A stretch of DNA of 64,000 nt from assembly GCA_028699255.1 (NCBI GenBank), contig JAQVUX010000003.1, positions 18,654 to 82,653 of the forward strand, given 5' to 3'. Positions 1-10,301 of the stretch are shown in pieces; position 1 is the first letter of the stretch, and each line of letters starts with the position of its first letter. The notes beneath the pieces were generated by a model, which saw nothing but the letters and a program-made list of their open reading frames with translations, was not told the DNA's origin and did no database searches. This stretch comes from Candidatus Omnitrophota bacterium. Its GTDB lineage: Bacteria; Omnitrophota; Gorgyraeia; 2-01-FULL-45-10. A program made the position numbers and the translations under genes.

Positions 1-112
1 TCAGGTTAAGAAGATAGCGAAAATAGGCGAACGCATGCCTCGGAAAGCGACGTACTTCTATCCAAAACAGCTATCCGGGCTGGTGTTCAATAAATTTTAG
101 CGATCAAAAATT

Positions 113-1999
113 ATGTGCGGAATCTGCGGCTACATCCATTTAGATAAAACGAAACGTCCGTCCGAATCTATCCTTAAGGCGATGACGGATACTCTCGCCA
201 TGCGCGGGCCCGACGACGAAGGCCTTTATATAAAAGATAACGTCGCGCTTGGCCACAGGCGCCTTTCCATAATAGACCTCCAGACGGGCCACCAGCCGAT
301 ATTCAACGAAGATAACTCCATCGCGATCGTCTATAACGGGGAAGCTTATAATTTCACCGAGATCAAAAACGTTCTTTTAAAAAAAGGACATAGGTTCAGG
401 ACGCATTCCGATACCGAGGTCGTCGTCCACGCGTACGAAGAATACGGCGAGGACTGTCTTAAACTTTTAAACGGCATGTTCGCCTTCGCGATATGGGACT
501 CTAAAAAAGAGTCCCTTTTTATTGCCCGGGACAGGTTCGGGAAGAAGCCGCTTTATTACGGCGAGTTCGACAATCAGTTCATATTCGGCTCGGAATTAAA
601 AGCGATACTCAAGCATCCTTCGATTAAAAGGGAGATAGACTTAAGCGCCCTCAGCAAATATCTCGCGTATGAATATGTGCCGTCCCCGTATTCCATATTC
701 AAAAATATCCGTAAGCTGGAAGCGGGCTCCAAACTCGTCCTTAAAGACGGCAACATTAAGGTGGGGCGTTATTGGGACATGGAGTTTCCGCGGCAGGGCC
801 GTTTCGATCTGAAGGCTTCCGAAGAGCGCTTGGTGGAATTACTGCGGGAGTCGGTAAAGAAGCGGCTGGTAAGCGATGTCCCGCTCGGTGTTTTCTTAAG
901 CGGCGGGATAGATTCATCGAGTGTTGTCGCTATGATGGCGCAGGTTATGGAGCCGAAGGAGATAAAGACATTCTCGATAGGGTTTAAAGAAAAATCTTTC
1001 GATGAGTCGTCCGACGCCAGGCTCGTCGCAAAATATTTCGGCACCGACCATCATGAACAGATACTGAACCCGGGCACGATGCTGGAAGTATTTCCGGATA
1101 TCCTCGACCTTTTGGACGAGCCGTTCGCCGACTCATCCATAATCCCGACGTATCTGGTCTCGAAGTTTACCCGCGATCACGTGAAGGTAGCCCTCGGCGG
1201 AGACGGCGGCGATGAGTTATTTCTCGGTTATCCGTCGTTTCTGGCACATGAGCTGAACGGCTATCTGAAGAAGATACCCGCGCCGCTACGCAATATACCG
1301 CTTAAATTATTGGCAGGCGCTACAGCCGCATCTACCGACTACATGAGCCTGAATTTCAAGATAAAGCGTTTTATCAGGGGGATGGATTTTCCGGATGATG
1401 TGCGCCATCAGGCGTGGATAGGTTCGTTTACGCCGCCGGAGCAGAATAAGCTATTTTTGGCCCGTAAAGAATTGAATAAATCCGGCGATGATATATATGA
1501 AACGACAAAGCGCCTTTTTCATGATGCGAGGAAACTTTCGCCGCTTGACAGGGCTATTTACATATATGTTAAAACATATATGTCGGATGACATACTCGCC
1601 AAGGTCGACAGGGCCAGTATGGCTAATTCGCTCGAGGTGCGGGCGCCATTTCTTGACCCGGATTTCGCAGGATTTGCCGCCGGGATACCGCCCGCGTTCA
1701 AGCTACGAGGGCTTACCACCAAATGGATACTTAAGAGTGCCATGAAGAAATATCTGCCGGCATCGATCCTGACCAAGCGCAAGCAGGGCTTTGCCGTTCC
1801 GGTCGCGAAATGGATGAAGGAAGATTTGAAACCGATGCTTCTTAAGGCTTTCGCCAAAGAGAAGATCGCCCGCGAGGGCATCTTCGACTATTCTTATATC
1901 GAAAATATGCTTAACGAATTCGTGAATAATAAAGAAGATACCAGGAAAGAAATTTGGACACTATTTATGTTCGAAATGTGGTATGATAGATGGATGTAA
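113..1999 (+). CDS. asnB: Asparagine synthase (glutamine-hydrolysing), class II glutamine amidotransferase
   Basis: N-terminus MCGICGY (Cys2 nucleophile), SGGIDSS PP-loop in ATP-pyrophosphatase domain, 628 aa typical length. Confidence 0.85.
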   Translation: MCGICGYIHLDKTKRPSESILKAMTDTLAMRGPDDEGLYIKDNVALGHRRLSIIDLQTGHQPIFNEDNSIAIVYNGEAYNFTEIKNVLLKKGHRFRTHSDTEVVVHAYEEYGEDCLKLLNGMFAFAIWDSKKESLFIARDRFGKKPLYYGEFDNQFIFGSELKAILKHPSIKREIDLSALSKYLAYEYVPSPYSIFKNIRKLEAGSKLVLKDGNIKVGRYWDMEFPRQGRFDLKASEERLVELLRESVKKRLVSDVPLGVFLSGGIDSSSVVAMMAQVMEPKEIKTFSIGFKEKSFDESSDARLVAKYFGTDHHEQILNPGTMLEVFPDILDLLDEPFADSSIIPTYLVSKFTRDHVKVALGGDGGDELFLGYPSFLAHELNGYLKKIPAPLRNIPLKLLAGATAASTDYMSLNFKIKRFIRGMDFPDDVRHQAWIGSFTPPEQNKLFLARKELNKSGDDIYETTKRLFHDARKLSPLDRAIYIYVKTYMSDDILAKVDRASMANSLEVRAPFLDPDFAGFAAGIPPAFKLRGLTTKWILKSAMKKYLPASILTKRKQGFAVPVAKWMKEDLKPMLLKAFAKEKIAREGIFDYSYIENMLNEFVNNKEDTRKEIWTLFMFEMWYDRWM

Positions 2000-2040
2000 G
2001 ATTTTCCATTCCGCCATCCGGCAGAACGGAAAATCTTAAT
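2000..2040 (+). terminator. Hairpin after asnB (gattttccattccgcc / ggcagaacggaaaatc, 14/16 complementary) followed by ttaattaat
   Basis: Inverted repeat read directly from sequence 2 nt after asnB stop codon; T/A-rich tail. Confidence 0.4.
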
Positions 2041-2044
2041 TAAT

Positions 2045-2701
2045 ATGCCCGGGAGAGACATGAAAGAAAAAATATTAAACGATATTAAAGAAGCGCTGAT
2101 GCGCGGCGACAGGAATGGCGTAACGAAGCTTACCAAAGACGCTCTCGACGCCGGCATTGCTATACCCGATATTCTCGATAAAGGCCTCATTGCCGGCATG
2201 GAGACTATAGGGAAGAAGTTCAAAAATAACGAGATATTCATTCCGGAAGTTTTGATATCGGCCAAGGCGATGCATGCCGGTATGGCTCTTATCGAGCCGC
2301 ATTTCCTTAAATGCGGCATAAAGCCGGTCGGCAAGGTCGTTATAGGGACGGTAAAAGGCGACCTCCACGATATAGGCAAGAATATTGTCAGTATGATGTT
2401 TAAAGGCGCGTGCTTCGATGTTACGGATTGCGGTATAGATGTGCCGACGGAGAAGTTTATAGAGGCGATCAGAAATAGCGGCGCGGATATACTGGCCATG
2501 TCGTCGCTTCTTACGACGTCGATGGGTTCGATGAAAGATACCATCAGGGGCCTGAAAGAAGCCGGCCTCCGCGATAAAATAAAGATAATGGTCGGCGGAG
2601 CGCCGGTAACTCAGGAGTTCGCCATGTCGATAGAAGCGGATGGTTACGCTAAGGACGCCGCGCTCGCCGTAGACAAGGCGAAGGAATTGTTAAAAAGGTA
2701 G
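2045..2701 (+). CDS. Cobalamin-binding corrinoid protein (MtaC/MtbC/MetH B12-domain-like); probable true start at ATG 2060 (MKEKIL, GGAG 6 nt upstream)
   Basis: N-terminal helical cap domain plus Rossmann B12-binding domain with DxHxxG (GDLHDIGKN), SxL (MSSLLTT) and GG (MVGGAPV) motifs. Confidence 0.75.
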   Translation: MPGRDMKEKILNDIKEALMRGDRNGVTKLTKDALDAGIAIPDILDKGLIAGMETIGKKFKNNEIFIPEVLISAKAMHAGMALIEPHFLKCGIKPVGKVVIGTVKGDLHDIGKNIVSMMFKGACFDVTDCGIDVPTEKFIEAIRNSGADILAMSSLLTTSMGSMKDTIRGLKEAGLRDKIKIMVGGAPVTQEFAMSIEADGYAKDAALAVDKAKELLKR

Positions 2702-2709
2702 GGACAGAT

Positions 2710-3552
2710 ATGCCGTTTTTTCCTAGAAAACCGAAATATACGATAGTCAGAGTTGCGAAGAAGAGGGACATCCCGAGCGATCTCTGGACCAGATGCGAGG
2801 ATTGCAACGAGCTCATTTATAACAAGAAGCTCGACGAGAATATGCGTGTATGCCCGAAGTGCAATTACCACTTCGGCTTAGGAGCCAGAGAAAGGGTAGC
2901 CCTCCTGACGGATGAGGGCAGTTTTAAAGAGATGGACGCCGACATGGAGTCGCTCGACCCGCTCGTCTTCGCCGGGCCAAAGACATATAAAGAAAAGGTA
3001 AAGAAAGACCAGGAACTTACCAAACTTAAAGACGCCGTCATTACCGGCGAAGGCACTATGAACGGTGTTCCCATAGTCCTGGGTGTTACCGATTCGCGAT
3101 TTATTATGGGTTCGATGGGCTCGGTAGTCGGCGAAAAACTGACAAGGGCGATCGAGCGCGCTACCGCCAAGCGCATTCCTCTTATCATAGTGTCCGCCTC
3201 CGGAGGCGGCGCCAGAATGTATGAGGGGATGTATTCGCTTATGCAGATGGCCAAGACATCGGCGGCTTTATGCAAGCACGACAGGGCCGGATGTGTATTC
3301 ATATCGATTCTTACAAATCCCACCATGGCGGGTATTATGGCGAGCTTTGCGTCGCTGGGCGATATAATAATGGCGGAGCCGAAGGCCCTTATCGGGTTTA
3401 CCGGCCCACGCGTCATAGAGCAGACGATAAGACAGAAGCTTCCGGCCGGTTTCCAAAGGGCGGAGTTTTTGCTCAGCCATGGTCTCATCGACATGATAGT
3501 GCCCCGTAAGAACATGAAGGAGACGCTGTCGAAGCTCCTCACGTATTTTTAA
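2710..3552 (+). CDS. accD: Acetyl-CoA carboxylase carboxyltransferase beta subunit
   Basis: N-terminal C4 zinc ribbon CEDCNELIYNKKLDENMRVCPKCNYHF, carboxyltransferase domain with GGGARM-like motif (SASGGGARMYEG). Confidence 0.85.
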   Translation: MPFFPRKPKYTIVRVAKKRDIPSDLWTRCEDCNELIYNKKLDENMRVCPKCNYHFGLGARERVALLTDEGSFKEMDADMESLDPLVFAGPKTYKEKVKKDQELTKLKDAVITGEGTMNGVPIVLGVTDSRFIMGSMGSVVGEKLTRAIERATAKRIPLIIVSASGGGARMYEGMYSLMQMAKTSAALCKHDRAGCVFISILTNPTMAGIMASFASLGDIIMAEPKALIGFTGPRVIEQTIRQKLPAGFQRAEFLLSHGLIDMIVPRKNMKETLSKLLTYF

Positions 3553-3590
3553 TTTGCATACGAGCGTTATTATGTTAGGATATTAACTAT

Positions 3591-4694
3591 ATGGCGCAGG
3601 TAAGTTTAAATAATGTCTCGAAGTTCTTCCCCGGCAATGTCCAGGCTATAAAGGACATTAATCTGGGAATTGAAAATAAAGAATTCGTAGTCCTCGTAGG
3701 TCCTTCCGGTTGCGGCAAATCCACCACTTTAAGAATAATAGCAGGTCTCGAAGAAGCGTCTTCGGGCGACGTCTATATAGGCGACCAGCGCGTTAATGAT
3801 GTGCCGCCTAAGGACAGGAATATCGCCATGGTGTTCCAGAATTACGCGCTTTATCCTCACATGTCCGTATATGAAAATATGGCCTTCGGACTTCGTCTGC
3901 GGAAATATCCGCGTACCGAAATAGATTCCAGGGTCAGGGAGGCGGCCACTATCCTCGGCATAGAGAAGTTGCTCCACAGGAAGCCCAGGGAACTATCGGG
4001 CGGACAGCGGCAAAGGGTAGCGGTCGGCCGTGCCATAGTCAGGAAGCCGCTCGTATTCTTATTCGACGAACCTCTCTCGAACCTCGACGCGAAGATGCGT
4101 GTCCAGATGAGGACCGAGATAAAGAAACTGCATCTGCGGCTCCAGACGACGATGGTGTACGTGACCCACGACCAGACGGAAGCTTTGACGATGGGCGACA
4201 GAATAGTCATCATGAAGGACGGCATTATTCAGCAGATAGCTGATCCCATCCGGCTTTACGATAAGCCGATAAATAAATTCGTCGCCGGTTTTATCGGCAG
4301 TCCCCCGATGAATTTTATCAAAGGCACTATAATAAAAAAAGACGGGAAGTGCTATTTTAACGAAGGCAAGTTCAGGGTCCGCATCGTCGATTCTATGATG
4401 AAATCCATAGAACCATATATCGATAAAGAGATAATATTCGGCATAAGGCCCGAGGATATATACGATAAGTTGTTTGTGTCGGAAGCTCCTCCGGACAATA
4501 CGATAAAAGCAACCTGCGAGGTTATAGAGCCCATGGGCTCCGAAGCATACTTGTATTTGAACACAGGCAGAAGCTCCTTTATAGCAAAAGTCGGTGGACA
4601 TAACAAGCCGACGTTGAACCAGGATATGGATCTCGTGTTCGATATGTCGAAAGTTCACTTTTTCGATAGAGATACGGAGAACACGATAATCTAA
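3591..4694 (+). CDS. Sugar ABC transporter ATP-binding protein (MalK/UgpC/MsmK-like) with C-terminal TOBE domain
   Basis: Walker [13 protein letters not shown] signature [14 protein letters not shown], Walker [11 protein letters not shown], ~130 aa C-terminal regulatory domain. Confidence 0.85.
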   Translation: MAQVSLNNVSKFFPGNVQAIKDINLGIENKEFVVLVGPSGCGKSTTLRIIAGLEEASSGDVYIGDQRVNDVPPKDRNIAMVFQNYALYPHMSVYENMAFGLRLRKYPRTEIDSRVREAATILGIEKLLHRKPRELSGGQRQRVAVGRAIVRKPLVFLFDEPLSNLDAKMRVQMRTEIKKLHLRLQTTMVYVTHDQTEALTMGDRIVIMKDGIIQQIADPIRLYDKPINKFVAGFIGSPPMNFIKGTIIKKDGKCYFNEGKFRVRIVDSMMKSIEPYIDKEIIFGIRPEDIYDKLFVSEAPPDNTIKATCEVIEPMGSEAYLYLNTGRSSFIAKVGGHNKPTLNQDMDLVFDMSKVHFFDRDTENTII

Positions 4695-4705
4695 ACCGGA
4701 TCCGG

Positions 4706-6133
4706 ATGACACCTTCCATAAAAAGAACGGCCCTCGGCGTTATTTCCATAGCATCATTTATTCTTTCGACATTTCTGTTATTCAGTTTGCCCGCCAATCA
4801 TAGCATACTGTCGCTATTCTATTTTAACCTTGCGGAGAATCTGATATTCACCTACAACATCGCGATCATATTCGCGTGGATCGCGTTTGGCACGATCTTT
4901 GGCATTGTTATAACGGTGCTCTCGGCCATCCTCGTATTGCTCCTGAATATGAGGATAGGGCTCGTCGGGCATACGATATTTACTCTGCCATTTTTTATTA
5001 CCGCTTTCTTCGGTTTTCTTTGCCGCCGCCGCAGGAACCATCTTTACGATTCGTACAGGCTGAAGATGGAGAAGCTACGCGAGGATACAAATATCATTAC
5101 CACCGGTATGGAGGATAGGCGTAAGGGGATATTTTCCGTGGAGGAAAAGCTCCAGCGATATTCTGCTCTCAAGGAGGTTATCGATTCGTTCAGTACCCAG
5201 CTCATGTTTGACGACATAAAGAAACTTATAATGGAGAAGACAGCAAAAACTTTAAGCAAGCCCGGCAGGATACTACTCTTCCTTGTTGATACCGAGAAGC
5301 AGGAGCTTATATTGTCGGCATCACGCGCTACGGCGCGCGCCGCGGCGAAAAAGGGCGATCTTTTCGACCGGTGGGTATTCAAGCACAGGCGTCCGTTGAT
5401 AGTGGAAGATATTGCTACGGACTTCAGATTCTCTACGGACAACCACGGCGATCTCAAGAAAGTGTTCAGGTCGCTTATCGCCGCGCCTCTAATAAGCGGT
5501 GACAAAGTGATCGGCATACTGAGAATGGACAACACCCGTGAATTCGCTTATTCGCAGGACGATCTCCGGCTTTTAGGTATAATAGCCGACCTGGGCGCGG
5601 TTTCAATAGAAAACGCAATGCTTTATGCCAGGACGCAGGAATTGGCGATAAAGGATTCCCTGACAGGCCTGGCTGTCAGAAGATATTTCATGGAACGATT
5701 GCACGAAGAAGTGAAGCGTACGTCGATAAAAAAATCCCACATGTCGCTTCTTATGCTCGACATCGATCGTTTTAAGGAATACAACGATAAATTTGGGCAT
5801 GCGGCGGGCGATATCGTATTGAAACACATGGCCAGGACGCTCGGCGCTTTGGTAAAAGAAGGGGACATCGTCGCCAGATATGGCGGGGAGGAGATCGTCG
5901 TCATGTTGTGCGGCAGGAACAAGGCGGAGGCCGCCCGCGAAGCGGAGGCGATGCGCGTGGCGATCAAGGAGAGTCCGATCACGTTGCGGCGGCATACCGC
6001 CAATGTCACCGTGTCGATAGGCCTCGCGGGTTATCCGGAGGATGCGTTACCCGCGGAGGGGCTGATAAGAATAGCGGACGAGCGGCTTTATAAGGCGAAG
6101 GCCCAGGGGAGGGATAGAGTTTGTTCAGCCTGA
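4706..6133 (+). CDS. Membrane-anchored GAF-GGDEF diguanylate cyclase (degenerate GGEEI, KxxD at I-site position)
   Basis: N-terminal TM helices, central GAF-like region, C-terminal GGDEF domain RYGGEEIVVML. Confidence 0.8.
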   Translation: MTPSIKRTALGVISIASFILSTFLLFSLPANHSILSLFYFNLAENLIFTYNIAIIFAWIAFGTIFGIVITVLSAILVLLLNMRIGLVGHTIFTLPFFITAFFGFLCRRRRNHLYDSYRLKMEKLREDTNIITTGMEDRRKGIFSVEEKLQRYSALKEVIDSFSTQLMFDDIKKLIMEKTAKTLSKPGRILLFLVDTEKQELILSASRATARAAAKKGDLFDRWVFKHRRPLIVEDIATDFRFSTDNHGDLKKVFRSLIAAPLISGDKVIGILRMDNTREFAYSQDDLRLLGIIADLGAVSIENAMLYARTQELAIKDSLTGLAVRRYFMERLHEEVKRTSIKKSHMSLLMLDIDRFKEYNDKFGHAAGDIVLKHMARTLGALVKEGDIVARYGGEEIVVMLCGRNKAEAAREAEAMRVAIKESPITLRRHTANVTVSIGLAGYPEDALPAEGLIRIADERLYKAKAQGRDRVCSA

Positions 6134-7434
6134 AATTCCTGAATATAATGCTTTTAATGGCGGCGCCGCTGGCGTATTTTTTCCTTTCATACCGCATCAT
6201 CGTTATAATATCCGCGATCGTTGTTTCCGTGCTTATGTTCGCGTGCCGGCTTGATCCTTTAAATTCATTTCTGGCCGCCGCTGTTTTCGGTCTTATACAG
6301 GCGAGCGCGATAGTCTATAAAAAAATAATCGAAGAAGAACGCGGCGAGCTTTCTTTAAAACTGGAGAAGGAGAATGGCAGGAAGCTTGGTCTTCAGGAAA
6401 AACTGAAGGCGCTTGAAGATGAAGAGCGCGCGATGAAAGAAGACGAGCTCATGATAGTAAATCTCTTCGAGATAACGAAAAAGATGTCGGAGAGCCTAAA
6501 ATTCATAGATATTTTTAACGTCTTTAGCACTTTTCTTAAAAGCAACTTCTCATTCAGGAAGTGCGATCTTCTTGTGCTGAACTGGGATTCGTCCGGGCTT
6601 CCGCGGCTGGACAGGAGCTACAGCGTATGGCAGGAAGACAGTCAGACTGCGTCGAAACAGATAGCCAACTACGGCAAGCTCATACAAAATTTTCTCCATA
6701 ATCCGCAGAAGATACATGCCTCCATGGATTCCGATAAGGATATGTTTGAAAAGATGGGCGTAGAAGACCCCGGCGTAGCTACGTTCACAGCGATCCCGCT
6801 ATTTAACGAGCAGAAATTAGCCGCCATGCTCACGGTGGAAAATCTGCCTACCGAAGAACTGGAAAAATTCCTTATACTTTCGATGCAGTTTACCCTCGAA
6901 ATAAAGAAGGTGCTTCTCTATGAGACCGTCGAGAAATTGGCCATAACGGATTCCCTGACCGGCCTTTATCTAAGAAGGTATTTTCATGAAAGGATTGCCG
7001 AGGAACTACAAAGATCGAATAGGTATAAATTCGAGTTCGCTTTTCTTATGATAGATATAGATGATTTCAAACGTACAAACGATACATGCGGGCACTTGGT
7101 GGGAGACGTTATATTAAAAGATCTGGGGCATCTGATAAAAGAAAGCGTTCGCGAGATAGATCTTGTTTCGAGATATGGCGGGGAAGAGTTCGCCGTGGTT
7201 TTGCCCGAGACGAGTCCGCAGGGCGCTATGCTCGTCGCGGACAGGATTAGAAAGAGAATAGAGGAACATCTATTCAAAGCCTACGATGAGGCGCTCAAAA
7301 TCACCATCTCGACAGGCGTTTCAGCTTATCCGCAAGATTCGGATGAAGTGAATGCCCTGATAGAGAAGGCCGACATTGCTATGTATGACGCGAAAAAATC
7401 AGGCAAAAATGTTGTGTGCAGGTACAAAAGATAG
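6121..7434 (+). CDS. Membrane-anchored GAF-GGDEF diguanylate cyclase (canonical RxxD + GGEEF); TTG start at 6121 or ATG at 6148
   Basis: TM N-terminus, coiled-coil, GAF-like, GGDEF domain REIDLVSRYGGEEFAVVL. Confidence 0.8.
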   Translation: MFSLKFLNIMLLMAAPLAYFFLSYRIIVIISAIVVSVLMFACRLDPLNSFLAAAVFGLIQASAIVYKKIIEEERGELSLKLEKENGRKLGLQEKLKALEDEERAMKEDELMIVNLFEITKKMSESLKFIDIFNVFSTFLKSNFSFRKCDLLVLNWDSSGLPRLDRSYSVWQEDSQTASKQIANYGKLIQNFLHNPQKIHASMDSDKDMFEKMGVEDPGVATFTAIPLFNEQKLAAMLTVENLPTEELEKFLILSMQFTLEIKKVLLYETVEKLAITDSLTGLYLRRYFHERIAEELQRSNRYKFEFAFLMIDIDDFKRTNDTCGHLVGDVILKDLGHLIKESVREIDLVSRYGGEEFAVVLPETSPQGAMLVADRIRKRIEEHLFKAYDEALKITISTGVSAYPQDSDEVNALIEKADIAMYDAKKSGKNVVCRYKR

Positions 7435-7446
7435 TATAATATCCCA

Positions 7447-8094
7447 ATGAAATTATTCATAGATACCGCGAATATAAATGAGATACGTGAAGCCAACGCT
7501 ATAGGCATCATAGACGGCGTCACCACCAATCCTTCCCTGATAGCGAAAGAAGGCAGGGACTTCATCGCGGTAGTAAAAGAGATCTGTTCGATAGTAGACG
7601 GCCCCATAAGCGCCGAGGTCATAAGTTTAAAATCAGATGAAATGGTCAGGGAAGCGGCTGTTCTCGCGAAGATACACAAGAATATCGTAATAAAGATACC
7701 TCTTATTGCGGAAGGTTTAAAAGCCGCGAAGATATTATCGAAAGAGGGGATAAAGACCAATCTGACTTTGTGTTTTTCTCCAACCCAGGCCTTACTGGCC
7801 GCCAAGGCGGGAGCTACTTACGTCAGCCCGTTTATAGGCCGGCTCGACGATATAAGCCTGACCGGTATGGATCTGATCAGGGACATAAAGACGATATTCA
7901 CCAACTATTCTTTCAAGACCCAGATAATTGTGGCAAGCGTAAGAAATCCGCTCCACGTCCTCGATGCGGCTAGGATAGGGGCGGATATAGCGACGGTGCC
8001 GTATGGCACGTTGATGGCACTGCTGAAACATCCGCTGACCGATATAGGAATAAGCAAATTCCTAAAGGACTGGCAGAGTGTTGCGAAAAAATAA
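7447..8094 (+). CDS. tal: Transaldolase / fructose-6-phosphate aldolase family (short TalC/FSA type)
   Basis: [16 protein letters not shown]...GVTTNPSL N-terminus and 215 aa length typical of FSA/TalC. Confidence 0.8.
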   Translation: MKLFIDTANINEIREANAIGIIDGVTTNPSLIAKEGRDFIAVVKEICSIVDGPISAEVISLKSDEMVREAAVLAKIHKNIVIKIPLIAEGLKAAKILSKEGIKTNLTLCFSPTQALLAAKAGATYVSPFIGRLDDISLTGMDLIRDIKTIFTNYSFKTQIIVASVRNPLHVLDAARIGADIATVPYGTLMALLKHPLTDIGISKFLKDWQSVAKK

Positions 8095-10276
8095 CCTCAT
8101 TTCGTTCGCGCTCATATTAGTATTGTTATGCGCGTCTTCCGCGGTTTACGCCGCGTCTCCCAATGAGATTGTCCCCCAGGCTCCCAAAGAGCCGATAATA
8201 GTTAATGGCGATAACGTCGAATATTTCCACGAAAAGAAGATGGTTACCGGTGCCGGCAATATATCCATAAAATATAAAGACATAGAGCTTACCTGCGACA
8301 AGATAACGGTTTATTTAGATACGAGGGAAGCGTTGGCGGAGGGCAATGTCCGCGTTACTCAGAAAGACGCGTATTTTACCGGCGAGCGGATGAATTATAA
8401 TTTTGATACAAAAAAGGGCACGGTACTGAACGGTTATCTGAGCGCGCGGCCATTTTACGGCAAAGCTGAAAAAGTGGAGAAAGTCGAGCGTAAAGACGAA
8501 TATATCATGGAGCGCGGATACGCCACGACCTGCGATCTGGACGAACCGCACTACAGGTTGCAGGCCCGTCGCGTGGAAATATATCTTAATGACAAGGTAG
8601 TGGCTAAACACATCGTTGTATTTGTAGGTAACGTTCCCGTGCTTTATTGGCCTTACTATGTCCAACCGTTAAAGCAGAAGAAGTCGTATGTAAATGTGAT
8701 GGCCGGAAAAAAGAAGGAATGGGGTTATTACGCCCTGACATCTTACCGGTATAATGTCAACGATGCGCTTAAAGGCGACGCCATGCTGGACTACAGGACC
8801 AAGGATGGTCTTGGCCTGGCCGGTGGTATAAATAATTATCACGATTTTGGAAAGATGGGTAAGGGCGCCTTTAAAGTTTATTACACTAAAGAAGACGGTA
8901 AGGGGGATGATAATGATCACCCCAACGAGATCATACACAGGTACCGTTATCAACTGCGTCACATCTGGGACATGGGAGAAGGCACAGACACGACGGCAAT
9001 AATGGAATTTAATAAGTTAAGCGATCGCGATATTATTAAAGATTACTTTTATAATGAATATGCCGAACTCGGCGACGACCCCGATAACTATGTTACGTTT
9101 CTAACCAAGAAACCAGAGTATACGACGGAATTTCTCATCAGGAAACGTGTTAATAAGTTCCAGTCTGTGGTCGAGCGCCTTCCGGAATATAAGTTAAATA
9201 TAAACAATATCGCTCTTATAAAAGATGTGCCGTTATATTATACCGGCGTGACAAGCGGCGTATATTTAAAACAGCGTCTTCCCGCCGATGGGACTAATCA
9301 GAAGGGTATAGATGTAGTGCGTTTTGATACCAATAATCAGCTTTCATATGTATTCAGATTTTTCAGGACGTTCACCGTGACGCCTTATATCGGCAGTGAA
9401 GAAACGTATTATTCCAAAACTAACGGCGGCGAGTCCAATAAGATAAGGACGGTTCTTAATGCAGGTGTTAATAATACCATAAAATTTTACAGGACATTCG
9501 ATTTCTCGACAAATTTCTTAGGCTTGGACATAAATAAACTGCGGCATGTGGTTACGCCTACCGCGAACTATATTTATACCCATCAGCCCGCCATAGGGCC
9601 TAATAAACTTTATCAGCTCGACGAGATAGACGCCGTAGATAAGCAGAATTATATAAGCCTGGGCTTAGAGAACCGTTTGCAGACAAAGAGAAAAAATAAG
9701 TCCGTGGATCTGGCAACTTTGATGATCAACTCCGACTATCATTTCAGAATGAAGAAAGATGTCGGAACTATATTTGAGGAGAAATTCCGTAATGTAGATC
9801 TGCAACTGGAACTAATACCATATGACTGGCTGTATTCCGTATCGCGCTTGTCTTATAGCACAAAGAACGCCGCTGTACGTACGGCGAGTATCGATATAAC
9901 GGGCGGTATAAGCGATAAGTGGTCTGTGAGCGCCAGATATGATTATGAAAAGGAGATCGAAGGGATAAATAATTTACTGACGGCGGATACGATGTATAAG
10001 TTTAACGACAAATGGCGGATCAGGGCCTATCAGACATACAGTTTATTCAAGGGGTCTCTTACCGACCAGGAATATACGATATACAGGGACCTGCATTGTT
10101 TCATTGCCGAGTTGACTCTCGATTTTAGCAGTACAAGCGACCGCGATAATATCGGCCTATGGTTTGCCATCCGGCTGAAGGCGTTCCCGGAAACGCCTAT
10201 AGGGTTGAAACAGACATATTCCCGTCCGAGATTCGGTTCAGCTTCTGTGGCAAGCCGTAGCTCGTTATCTAACTAA
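8078..10276 (+). CDS. lptD: LPS-assembly protein LptD/OstA family outer-membrane protein (GTG start)
   Basis: Signal peptide [25 protein letters not shown], OstA-N-like jellyroll repeats ([35 protein letters not shown]), long Tyr/Asn-rich beta-barrel-like C-terminus. Confidence 0.55.
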   Translation: MLRKNNLISFALILVLLCASSAVYAASPNEIVPQAPKEPIIVNGDNVEYFHEKKMVTGAGNISIKYKDIELTCDKITVYLDTREALAEGNVRVTQKDAYFTGERMNYNFDTKKGTVLNGYLSARPFYGKAEKVEKVERKDEYIMERGYATTCDLDEPHYRLQARRVEIYLNDKVVAKHIVVFVGNVPVLYWPYYVQPLKQKKSYVNVMAGKKKEWGYYALTSYRYNVNDALKGDAMLDYRTKDGLGLAGGINNYHDFGKMGKGAFKVYYTKEDGKGDDNDHPNEIIHRYRYQLRHIWDMGEGTDTTAIMEFNKLSDRDIIKDYFYNEYAELGDDPDNYVTFLTKKPEYTTEFLIRKRVNKFQSVVERLPEYKLNINNIALIKDVPLYYTGVTSGVYLKQRLPADGTNQKGIDVVRFDTNNQLSYVFRFFRTFTVTPYIGSEETYYSKTNGGESNKIRTVLNAGVNNTIKFYRTFDFSTNFLGLDINKLRHVVTPTANYIYTHQPAIGPNKLYQLDEIDAVDKQNYISLGLENRLQTKRKNKSVDLATLMINSDYHFRMKKDVGTIFEEKFRNVDLQLELIPYDWLYSVSRLSYSTKNAAVRTASIDITGGISDKWSVSARYDYEKEIEGINNLLTADTMYKFNDKWRIRAYQTYSLFKGSLTDQEYTIYRDLHCFIAELTLDFSSTSDRDNIGLWFAIRLKAFPETPIGLKQTYSRPRFGSASVASRSSLSN

Positions 10277-10301
10277 ATATATAATAATACCAAAGGCCGG
10301 C

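Noticed and set aside
1-112. Possible cobalamin or c-di-GMP riboswitch in leader regions (also checked 2000-2060 and 25622-25760)
   Set aside because: No B12-box (GCCACTG-like) or GEMM-like conserved motifs were recognisable by eye, and I cannot run a covariance-model search here.
3553-3590. Possible promoter TTGCAT-16-TAGGAT upstream of the ABC ATPase gene
   Set aside because: Only a weak match to consensus (-10 4/6) in a short AT-rich gap. It is not distinguishable from chance, so it was not reported as a feature.
4698-4707. CCGGATCCGG 10-bp palindrome between ABC ATPase and GGDEF gene
   Set aside because: It is too short and overlaps the next start codon, so it is likely coincidental.
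1894-4712. Minus-strand ORFs of 216-225 aa (1894..2544, 2865..3542, 4059..4712)
   Set aside because: Each is antisense to a + strand gene with strong family motifs (corrinoid protein, accD, ABC ATPase). All have low-complexity Ser/Leu/Arg-rich composition typical of antisense read-through frames.
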